Shown in pieces: positions 18,623 through 26,600 of a stretch of 64,000 bases of DNA; position 1 is the first letter of the stretch; every line of letters starts with the position of its first letter. The notes below the pieces were generated by a model. The model was given only the letters and a program-made list of their open reading frames with translations, was not told where the DNA came from and did not search any database. The position numbers were made by a program, and so were the translations under genes. The DNA comes from Candidatus Iainarchaeum sp. (GTDB taxonomy: Archaea; Micrarchaeota; Micrarchaeia; Anstonellales; Bilamarchaeaceae), in assembly GCA_028686985.1 (NCBI GenBank), contig JAQUBA010000001.1, positions 81,194-145,193 of the forward strand. The letters are read 5' to 3'.

Positions 18623-19666
18623 ATGGAAAAATTAAGGATAGGGAAGCGCGCGGTCGGGGAGGGCGAGCCATGCTTCGTGATTGCGGAGGCCGGCTCCAAC
18701 CACAACGGGAAACTGGACCAGGCGAAAAAGCTCATAGACGAAGCGGCGAAGGCCGGCGCGGACGCGGTGAAGTTCCAGCTGTTCAAGGCGGAAAAGCTCT
18801 ACGTGAAGACGGCGGGCAGCGCGGATTACCTGAAGGACGGCAAATCCATATTCCAGATAATTAAGGACATGGAGCTTCCCGAGGAATGGCTCGGCACCCT
18901 CTCGTCCTATTGCGACAAGCACGGCATAGTTTTCCTCTCCAGCGTATTTGACGAGGAGAGCGCGGACCTCCTGGACAAGTACGTCCCCGCGCACAAGATT
19001 GCCTCGTATGAATGCAATCACATCCCGCTGATAAGGCACGTCGCCAGGAAGGGCAAGCCCGTAATCATTTCCACGGGCGCAAGCACGATGGAGGAAATCA
19101 AGGACGCAGTCGATGCCGTCCATTCCGAAGGCGGCAAGCTCGCGCTGCTGCAGTGCACCGCCAAATACCCCGCCCCGCTCACCGCGGTGAACGTGAAGGT
19201 CGTGCAGACGCTTAGGGAGAGGTTCAACGTCCCCACCGGCTTCTCGGACCACAGCAGGGAGCCCTTCATAGCCCCGCTCGCGGCTGTCGCGCTCGGCGCC
19301 AGCATCATAGAGAAGCACTTCACGCTTGACAACAATCTCCCGGGCCCGGACCACAAGTTCGCTCTTGAGCCGGGCGAGCTGAAACTCCTCGTGGAGCACA
19401 TCCGCGGGACCGAGAAGGCGCTCGGCACCGGGGAAAAATTCGTTCTGCCCGAAGAGAAGGAACTATACGAGTTTGCGAAGCGCTCCATACACGCGATAAA
19501 AGACATACATAAAGGGGAGAGATTCACGAACGAAAACATCGCCGCCCTCCGCCCAGGCAAGGCGGGCAGGGGCCTGCCCCCCAAGCACCTTGAGCAGATA
19601 ATAGGGAAAAAAGCAAAGAGGGACATACCTGTGTGGAAGGGCATAGTTGCGGGGGATTTTGAATGA
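18623..19666 (+). CDS. pseI: Pseudaminic acid synthase-like, NeuB paralogue 2
   Basis: PCFVIAEAGSNHNGKLDQAKKLIDEAAKAGADAVKFQLF, GFSDHS, SAF-like C-terminus. 1-nt spacer after pseC. Confidence 0.8.
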   Translation: MEKLRIGKRAVGEGEPCFVIAEAGSNHNGKLDQAKKLIDEAAKAGADAVKFQLFKAEKLYVKTAGSADYLKDGKSIFQIIKDMELPEEWLGTLSSYCDKHGIVFLSSVFDEESADLLDKYVPAHKIASYECNHIPLIRHVARKGKPVIISTGASTMEEIKDAVDAVHSEGGKLALLQCTAKYPAPLTAVNVKVVQTLRERFNVPTGFSDHSREPFIAPLAAVALGASIIEKHFTLDNNLPGPDHKFALEPGELKLLVEHIRGTEKALGTGEKFVLPEEKELYEFAKRSIHAIKDIHKGERFTNENIAALRPGKAGRGLPPKHLEQIIGKKAKRDIPVWKGIVAGDFE

Positions 19667-20094
19667 ACGTTTCCCTGAAGAAAGTGGACAAATCCGAAGT
19701 GAAGCTCATATTCGGATGGATAAACGAGCCCCTCGCGCGCGAGCAGAGCTTCCATCCCAAGCCGATTTCCTGGGAGGAGCACTCCACGTACTGGGACTCC
19801 CGCCTGAGGGACGGCAGGAAGCACTCCTTCATAATCAGTTCCGGCGGTGAGCCGGTTGGCCTCCTCAGATTGGACCCTGTGGAGGGCGCATACGAAGTCA
19901 GCATCCTCATATCCGAGGGCCACCGTGGCAAGGGGTTCGCAACCGAGGCGCTGCAGGCCGCGGTAGGCCTGTGCAAGGGGCTGGGCATAAGGAAACTCGT
20001 GGCAAGGGTGAAGCCATCCAACAAGGCGTCCATGAAACTTTTTGAGGCATGTGGCTTCCAGCCCGCATACGTCCTTTTTGAACGCGGCGCCTAG
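19663..20094 (+). CDS. pseH: GNAT acetyltransferase, PseH-like
   Basis: 143 aa; GHRGKGFATEAL...NKASMKLFEACGF. ATGA overlap with pseI. Confidence 0.7.
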   Translation: MNVSLKKVDKSEVKLIFGWINEPLAREQSFHPKPISWEEHSTYWDSRLRDGRKHSFIISSGGEPVGLLRLDPVEGAYEVSILISEGHRGKGFATEALQAAVGLCKGLGIRKLVARVKPSNKASMKLFEACGFQPAYVLFERGA

Positions 20095-20138
20095 CCGGTT
20101 TTAAATGTTTCAGGGCCAATCCAAGGCGGGAATGCACG

Positions 20139-22085
20139 ATGGGAAAAACAAAATCCAATTTCTTTCTCCAGGGCCGCAATGCGCTCGCCATCTGCATCGC
20201 CATTTATGCGATCCTCCTCATCCGTGCTTTCAGCGTTTCCTACTTTCCGGGCGGCGTTGACACCGCAACCCACCTCTTCCAGATAGGGCTCATCGCAGAG
20301 GAAGGGCTCACCCCCTGGAACCACTGGTGGTATGCCGGGCACCCCCTCCTTGAGCAGTATCCGCCCCTTTCCCATCTCGCCGGGGCCGCGATATCCGGCA
20401 TTGTGGGTGTGGAAAACGCATACAAGCTCATATTTTCCATAGCATTCATCCTCATCCCCATCTCCTTCTTCCTCCTGCTCAAGGAATTTGATTTCACCGA
20501 GGAACAGAGGGCTCTTGCATTATATCTATTCTCCCTCTCCCCCGTCTTCGCTTACGACCTCAACGGAGGCCTCCTCTCCGCAATGCTAGCCCTTCCCTTC
20601 TGCTTCCTTTTCCTGAAATACATGATTCGCGCCTTCAATGCTAAAGAATGGATAAAGCCCGCCGCCCTTTCCGCGGTGTTCCTCGCAATCGCGGCCCTCG
20701 CCCACCTTTTCATGCCTTTCGCCGCAGCCATGTTCGGCTTCATCTATCTGGTTTCCTACAGCCCCTCCGCCCCTTCCCTGAAGCGCTTCGCATCCATAAT
20801 GATTTTCACGGCAGCGCTCGCCGGCTTCTTCTGGTTCCCACTCGCATTGAACTATTCCATCGGCGACACGCCCATCAACTTTTCCGAATCCTCGCTTGCG
20901 CAGGTCGCTACAATCGCACTCGCGCCTTTCGGTAGGGCGTTCGCCGTATACATAAACCTCGTTTCCGTCCTCTCCGCCCTCATCCTCTCGCTGCTTTCCA
21001 TTTTCTCCCTGCTCTCTACATACCGTGCCAAAGATTCTCCTTCTCTCCGCTTCTTCCTGCTCAGCATTTCCGCAATCATCCTCTGGTCCACCTTCCTTCC
21101 GCACAGCGACCAGGCTGGGGTGAAGCTCCCGCTGTTCATACCAATGGTTTTCGCCATCCTAATCCCGAAATACATCAGCCCCGTAAATATCCTCTTCCCC
21201 CTCTCCGCCCTATTTCTCGCCCTCCTGCTCGTTTCCTCATTTCTGGCAGAGCCCTCGTACGTCTCACCTGAGACATTTGGCATGGCGGAGTGGGCGGCAA
21301 GCCAAACCCAGCACCGCGCGCTCCTCATCCCGCCGGGGATGGGCCTGCTTGCGCAATACGAGGGCAGGCCGAACATGGGCGCCTTCCTCTATGATGCATA
21401 CATGCTCCCGCACTATTTCCACAAGGAAATATACAACGGCTGGTTCGCGGAGGCCAGCCCGCGCAGCCTTGCGGATGTATCATTCACCTGCTCCGGGAAA
21501 AAGTCCTTTTCCGAAATCATGGGCGGGTTCGGCATCCTCAGCACCATAAACCTCGGAAAGATGAAGGAATGTGAAGTGCCGGCTTCACCGGAGGAATTCT
21601 GCAATGCGCTTCAGTCTGGAAGCGTGGATACCATCATCGCCAATTCCAATTTCCCCGAAGTGGTTTCATTTGCGGATTCCGCTCCCTGCCTCTCCCGCTC
21701 CAGTGTTCATAGTCCGCTCGTCGCCTACAAGGTGGTGGGGAGCAAGCCCTACCTCAGCCAGAACTGGAGCTATGAAAAGAAATCCGGAACCATCTCCATA
21801 CATTTCAACGGCCCATTTTCCGGGACGCTCTCAATCTCCGAGAGCCATTATCCATACTGGAAGGCATACCTCGATTCCAATCAGGTCCCAGTGGAAAAAA
21901 GCAGCGACGGCTTCCTCAGCATTCCCATACAGGTTTCCGGAGGCCCCCACGAGCTGGAGCTTTCCTATTCCCCCAACAACTATTTCGGCGCATTCTCCCT
22001 CATTTCCGCGATTGCATGGCTTGCAGCCCTGTTGCTGCTGAACGCATCCCCGCGCAAAAAATGCCTGCAACCCGCACGAGATTAA
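20139..22085 (+). CDS. Polytopic membrane protein, GT-C-like / PTPS-related membrane-domain family (putative glycan transferase or polymerase)
   Basis: About 12 hydrophobic segments followed by a soluble C-terminal domain of about 250 aa. N-terminal TPWNHWWYAGHPLLEQYPPLSH resembles the COG5617-type membrane family (from memory). Confidence 0.55.
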   Translation: MGKTKSNFFLQGRNALAICIAIYAILLIRAFSVSYFPGGVDTATHLFQIGLIAEEGLTPWNHWWYAGHPLLEQYPPLSHLAGAAISGIVGVENAYKLIFSIAFILIPISFFLLLKEFDFTEEQRALALYLFSLSPVFAYDLNGGLLSAMLALPFCFLFLKYMIRAFNAKEWIKPAALSAVFLAIAALAHLFMPFAAAMFGFIYLVSYSPSAPSLKRFASIMIFTAALAGFFWFPLALNYSIGDTPINFSESSLAQVATIALAPFGRAFAVYINLVSVLSALILSLLSIFSLLSTYRAKDSPSLRFFLLSISAIILWSTFLPHSDQAGVKLPLFIPMVFAILIPKYISPVNILFPLSALFLALLLVSSFLAEPSYVSPETFGMAEWAASQTQHRALLIPPGMGLLAQYEGRPNMGAFLYDAYMLPHYFHKEIYNGWFAEASPRSLADVSFTCSGKKSFSEIMGGFGILSTINLGKMKECEVPASPEEFCNALQSGSVDTIIANSNFPEVVSFADSAPCLSRSSVHSPLVAYKVVGSKPYLSQNWSYEKKSGTISIHFNGPFSGTLSISESHYPYWKAYLDSNQVPVEKSSDGFLSIPIQVSGGPHELELSYSPNNYFGAFSLISAIAWLAALLLLNASPRKKCLQPARD

Positions 22086-22116
22086 CTTTAAATGTTTATT
22101 CGGACACTCTAAACCC

Positions 22117-23052
22117 ATGAAAATCCTCGTCACCGGCGGGGCGGGCTTCATCGGCTCACACATCGCTGAGGAGCTGGTGAGGCAGAAACATGACGTCCGC
22201 ATCCTGGACAATTTCTCCGCCGGAAAAATGGACAACATACGGGGCTTCGCCAAAAAGGTCGAGCTCATTGAAGGCACCGTCACCAGCAAGCCCACCGTGG
22301 ACGACGCGGTGAAGGGCTGCGACTACGTGTTCCACGAGGCCGCCTTCGTTTCGGTGGCGGAATCCATAAAGAACCCTGTGAAGACCTGGGACATAAACAT
22401 ACGCGGCACCCTCCTTGTGCTGGGCGCGGCATACAGGTCCAGGGTGAAGCGCGTTGTGCTCGCCTCCTCAGCCTCGGTGTATGGGGACACGCTCGCGCTC
22501 CCGAAGAGGGAGGATGGCTCTCTGGCCCCCAAGTCCCCGTACGGGGAGAGCAAGCACATAAACGAGATGAACGCGGAGAAGTATTTCAGGGACTACAAGC
22601 TGGAGACCGTGTGCCTCCGCTACTTCAACGTCTATGGCCCGCGCCAGCCGCCCTCATCCCCCTATTCCAGCGTGATTTCCAAATTCATCTCCGCCGCCCT
22701 GAAGAATGAGAAGCCCGTGATTTACGGGGACGGCGAGCAGACGAGGGATTTTATCTATGTGAAGGACGTGGTGGGGGCCAACCTCCTCGCAATGGGCGAA
22801 AAAAAAGCGGCGGGCGAAATATTCAACGTGGGCAGCGGCACAGAGGTCAGCATAAACCAGCTCTGGAAGCAGATTGCGAAGATGGCGAAATCCAAATCCG
22901 TCCCGCTCCACGAGCCGCCGAGGCAGGGCGACATACGCCGCTCCTTCGCCTCCATGGTCAAGGCGGAGAATGTGCTCGGCTTCAAACCGCAATGTTCTTT
23001 AGAAGAAGGCCTCAAAGAGACCATGGAATGGATAGTGAAAAACTCATCCTAA
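22117..23052 (+). CDS. NAD-dependent nucleotide-sugar 4-epimerase (GalE/WbpP-like)
   Basis: MKILVTGGAGFIGSHI, SSASVYG, YGESKHINE (YxxxK), RYFNVYGPRQ. Confidence 0.85.
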   Translation: MKILVTGGAGFIGSHIAEELVRQKHDVRILDNFSAGKMDNIRGFAKKVELIEGTVTSKPTVDDAVKGCDYVFHEAAFVSVAESIKNPVKTWDINIRGTLLVLGAAYRSRVKRVVLASSASVYGDTLALPKREDGSLAPKSPYGESKHINEMNAEKYFRDYKLETVCLRYFNVYGPRQPPSSPYSSVISKFISAALKNEKPVIYGDGEQTRDFIYVKDVVGANLLAMGEKKAAGEIFNVGSGTEVSINQLWKQIAKMAKSKSVPLHEPPRQGDIRRSFASMVKAENVLGFKPQCSLEEGLKETMEWIVKNSS

Positions 23053-23061
23053 GGTAATACG

Positions 23062-24405
23062 ATGGCAAAATACTTCGGGACAAACGGAATCCGCGGGACG
23101 CTGGAGGATGTAGGCCCCGCGTTCGCGCTGCAGGCGGCCCAGGCGATAGGCGCCCATTTCAAATGCGGGAGGATGCTCGTCGCACGGGACCACCGCCTCA
23201 CCGGTGAGCTGCTTAGGAACGCCGTGGTCGCAGGATTGCAGAGCGCCGGCTGCGAAGTGATTGACCTCGGCATAACGACCAGCCCCACCGCCGAGTTCAT
23301 GTTGGGGAAAATGAAGGCCGACGGCTTAATCATAATCACAGCATCCCACAACCCTCCGGAATACAACGGGCTCAAGGTGGTGGACGGGAAGGGAATTTCC
23401 GTTTCCAAGGAGAGGGGGGAGGAAATAGAGAAATTATTTGGCAATGTTAAGCTTGCGGATTTTGGTTCAATAAAGCCCGTCCAGGGACACGGAACTTCCG
23501 CACGGGAGCATATGGACGCCATGAAGGCGCTTTTGCATCCCGACAGGATTGCAAAAAGAAAACCATTCATAATCCTGGATTTGGGCAACGGGACAACAGC
23601 CACAATCGCGCCCCAGCTCCTCAAGGAGCTCGGCTGCAAAATACTCACGATAAATTCGCACATGGACGGCCATTTCCCGGGCCGCCCCTCGGAACCGCTT
23701 GAGCAGAACATCCAGGAGCTCATAAGGATGGTTAAGGAAACCAAGGCGGACTGCGGAATCGCCTGGGACGGCGACGGGGACCGCATCGTCTTCGTTGATG
23801 AGAAGGGGAATTTCGTCGTGGGCGACAAGGTTTGTGCCTTATCAGTGCTGCTGAAGCTGAAGGAAAAGAACGGGGACGTGGTGACCACGGTCGCAACCAG
23901 CAAAGCCGTGGAGGATGTCGCCTCCAAGTTCGGATGCAAAACCATCTACACGAGGGTTGGCGCTCCATACATGAGCGATGTGATGGCAAACGGAAAGGCG
24001 GTTATCGGCGGGGAAGAGGTGGGCGGCGTCATCTGGCCAGAACTCTCCCTCGCAAAGGATGGCATATTCACTGCCGCAAAAATAGTTGAAGCGATATGCG
24101 AAAAACCGCTCTCCGCATGGCTGAAGGAGATTCCAGCCTACTATAATGTGAAAACCCGGGTTGAATGCAGTGAAAAGAGGAAGAAAGCAGTCCTTGACGG
24201 CGTATGGGATCACGCGACTTCAAAGGGCGGTCGGGTAATCAGACACGGTGATGACGCAATTCGCATCGACCAAGTTGATTCCTGGGTCATAATCCGTGCC
24301 TCTGGCACCGAGCCCTGCATCCGCATCTTTGGGGAAGCCAAATCCAAAGACAAGGCTGAAGCTCTCGTGAAGGAATATGAAAAATTAGCGAGAAGCCTTG
24401 CCTAA
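23062..24405 (+). CDS. glmM: Phosphoglucosamine/phosphohexose mutase
   Basis: [23 protein letters not shown] (phosphoserine loop), WDGDGDR (Mg site), GGEEVGG. Confidence 0.85.
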   Translation: MAKYFGTNGIRGTLEDVGPAFALQAAQAIGAHFKCGRMLVARDHRLTGELLRNAVVAGLQSAGCEVIDLGITTSPTAEFMLGKMKADGLIIITASHNPPEYNGLKVVDGKGISVSKERGEEIEKLFGNVKLADFGSIKPVQGHGTSAREHMDAMKALLHPDRIAKRKPFIILDLGNGTTATIAPQLLKELGCKILTINSHMDGHFPGRPSEPLEQNIQELIRMVKETKADCGIAWDGDGDRIVFVDEKGNFVVGDKVCALSVLLKLKEKNGDVVTTVATSKAVEDVASKFGCKTIYTRVGAPYMSDVMANGKAVIGGEEVGGVIWPELSLAKDGIFTAAKIVEAICEKPLSAWLKEIPAYYNVKTRVECSEKRKKAVLDGVWDHATSKGGRVIRHGDDAIRIDQVDSWVIIRASGTEPCIRIFGEAKSKDKAEALVKEYEKLARSLA

Positions 24406-24515
24406 AGCTCGCCGACCCTTCTCTTCATCTTCTTCTTGAGCCTGCGCCTTTTCTTCTTTACCCATTTCCAGCGCATGCGGCCCTTCTTTTTCCATTTCCT
24501 CGGTCTTGCTCCCAA
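24402..24515 (-). CDS. rpl41e: Ribosomal protein eL41 (L41e)
   Basis: Too short for the ORF track. The reverse strand reads (TTG)[39 protein letters not shown]. The core [20 protein letters not shown] closely matches eukaryotic eL41 ([21 protein letters not shown]). Internal ATG at 24476; TTG at 24515 gives the 37-aa archaeal-length form. The stop overlaps the glmM stop. Confidence 0.8.
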   Translation of the reverse strand: MGARPRKWKKKGRMRWKWVKKKRRRLKKKMKRRVGEL

Positions 24516-24589
24516 TAACTCACCATCTAAAAGAGTAGAACAATTTGCTGGGAAACAGTATAAAAAGGTATTCTTCCCCATTCATTTTG

Positions 24590-25255
24590 ATGAAGGCCTG
24601 CATATTCTTTGATGTGGACAACACCCTCTTCCCCACCTCCGAGTTCGCGGAGCTGGCGCGGAGGAACGCGATACGCGCCATGGTGGAGACCGGGCTGGAC
24701 GCCAGCGAGCGGGAGCTGTACAAGGGACTGCAGAGGCTCATAAGAGAGAAGGGCTCCAATTATTCAAACCATTTTGACATCCTCCTGAAGAGGATGGGCG
24801 TGGAGAGGCCCGCCCGCTACGTCGCGGCCGCGGTCGCCGCCTACCACAACACGAAATCCTCAATCCAGCCCTATCCCGAAGTCCCAAAAACCCTCATGGA
24901 GCTGAAGAAGCGGGGATACCGGCTCTACGTGGCCACGAACGGTGACGCGGTCAAGCAGTGGGACAAGCTCATACGGATGGGAATACACCTCTTCTTTGAG
25001 GACGTCTTCGTCTCCGGGGAAATCGGGGAGGAGAAAGGCCCCTCCTTCTTCCAAAAGGTCCTCGCCCGCGCGAGGGCCCGCCCCTCCGAATGCATAATGG
25101 TGGGCGATAGGATGGATTCGGACATCCTGCCTGCAAAAAAGCTCGGCATATACACCGTGCGCGTCATGCAGGGCCCCTATTCCAAAGGGAAGGGGAAGGC
25201 GGATGCGCAGATAAGGAAGTTCTCCGAGCTTCTCGGCATTGTGAAAAAACTCTAG
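24590..25255 (+). CDS. HAD-superfamily hydrolase (subfamily IA)
   Basis: FFDVDNTL (DxDxT), ATNG, MVGDRMDSDI. ATG lies about 25 nt downstream of TATAAAAA (24559..24566). Confidence 0.8.
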   Translation: MKACIFFDVDNTLFPTSEFAELARRNAIRAMVETGLDASERELYKGLQRLIREKGSNYSNHFDILLKRMGVERPARYVAAAVAAYHNTKSSIQPYPEVPKTLMELKKRGYRLYVATNGDAVKQWDKLIRMGIHLFFEDVFVSGEIGEEKGPSFFQKVLARARARPSECIMVGDRMDSDILPAKKLGIYTVRVMQGPYSKGKGKADAQIRKFSELLGIVKKL

Positions 25256-25297
25256 TTTTTAATGTTTTTGCGGCTAATAGATGCAAAAGGTGTGTAT

Positions 25298-26146
25298 ATG
25301 CGTTATATTCTCCTGGCAGGGCTGGTTGCAACGATGCTTCTTTTGTTCGGGTGCGCGGGCGGCGAAGGCCCGGTTTCGTGCTCCTCGGATTCCAACTGCC
25401 AATCGTGGCAGCAGTGCGCGGACGGCGTGTGCGCAGCGAAGGAGGGATACTGCGGGCAGGCGTCCGACTGCGGCGCCGGGCAGTCCTGCAATTCCACGAC
25501 GCACCTCTGCAGCCTTGCGTCCGGCACATGCACACAGAACTCGGACTGCGACGTGCGCTGGCAGGCGTGTTCCCAGGGCTCATGCACGCCTCTCGCCGGC
25601 TTTTGCGGCTCCAACGCAGACTGCCGTGCCGACATAGAGACGTGCGGCGCGACAACGCACAGGTGCTCCGTGGTGCCCGGCAGGTGCGAGAACGATTACG
25701 ATTGCGACTCATGGGAGGGATGCGACACCGTGAACAAGGTCTGCATACCCTTTGAGGGCAGGTGCAACGATAACGTGGACTGCGTCTCCTGGCAGGGCTG
25801 CGACGTGGAATCCCATTTCTGCAGGCCCAGGTCCGGCTTCTGCATAAACACCGCCAACTGCGCAGGCTGGCAGACGTGCAACCTTGACACGAACCGCTGC
25901 ATGACCGCCCCGGGCTACTGCGGCCACGATGCGGACTGCAACTCCTGGCAGTATTGCGAGGCTACGAACAGCCACAGGTGCATCGCCAAGCCGGGATACT
26001 GCGATTCCAACTCAAACTGCAATTCCTGGGAGGTCTGCTACACAGCAACGCACAGGTGCACCCCGAAGGCGGGGTATTGCAACACAAATGCGGACTGCGA
26101 TTCCGGAACCTATTGCAACATGGGTAGCCACAGGTGCGAGGGCTGA
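25298..26146 (+). CDS. Cysteine-rich secreted lipoprotein with ten tandem 4-Cys repeats
   Basis: MRYILLAGLVATMLLLFGC is a signal peptide plus lipobox. It is followed by 10 units of about 24-26 aa with consensus G(Y/F)C-x4-DC-x2-WQ-x-C-x4-(T)H(R)C-x5. About 41 Cys in 282 aa. Confidence 0.75.
   Translation: MRYILLAGLVATMLLLFGCAGGEGPVSCSSDSNCQSWQQCADGVCAAKEGYCGQASDCGAGQSCNSTTHLCSLASGTCTQNSDCDVRWQACSQGSCTPLAGFCGSNADCRADIETCGATTHRCSVVPGRCENDYDCDSWEGCDTVNKVCIPFEGRCNDNVDCVSWQGCDVESHFCRPRSGFCINTANCAGWQTCNLDTNRCMTAPGYCGHDADCNSWQYCEATNSHRCIAKPGYCDSNSNCNSWEVCYTATHRCTPKAGYCNTNADCDSGTYCNMGSHRCEG
25379..26143 (+). repeat. Diverged tandem coding repeat (about 72-78 bp unit, 10 copies) encoding the 4-Cys module
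   Basis: The protein-level period C-x5-C-x5-C-x4-7-C recurs 10 times without interruption. Confidence 0.75.
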
Positions 26147-26154
26147 ACTGGCCA

Positions 26155-26421
26155 TTAGTCCCGTTCCCGCCACATCCTCCTTTTCTTGTTCAGCAGTTCC
26201 TTCGCTATGGTCAGGATCTGGTTGCTTAGGCGCAGCCCCTCGTCCGGGCTCAGCTTCATCGCAGCCGTCCCCGTGGTGTTCGCCACCCTTATGGTGATTA
26301 CTCCATCCCTGGGGAACCCGTTTGAACTCTGGGGTCCATCGCTCTCTATGCGGAGGATGGTCCGGTGCTGCTCGCCCTTGTCATCCTTCCACCAATGTAT
26401 TATCTCATCCTCTACGGGCAT
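26155..26421 (-). CDS. Hypothetical 88-aa protein
   Basis: ORF with GGAGGTG 7 nt upstream of the ATG and host-like codon usage. Sits between the two Cys-rich genes. No recognisable family. Confidence 0.5.
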   Translation of the reverse strand: MPVEDEIIHWWKDDKGEQHRTILRIESDGPQSSNGFPRDGVITIRVANTTGTAAMKLSPDEGLRLSNQILTIAKELLNKKRRMWRERD

Positions 26422-26600
26422 TCAGCCCACCTCCGACCCCTTGCCAAGGGCCGCCTGGTCGCGATAAGGGAAGATTTTTCCGCACTTATAAAGGAGGGGA
26501 CACCTGCGTGCCGGTGATGCCAGTAATAGATTTTGTGTAGATGTGGAGCCTCCCGCCTACTTTATAAGATTTATTGCAGTTTTGGTCGCGAGTGGGCATT

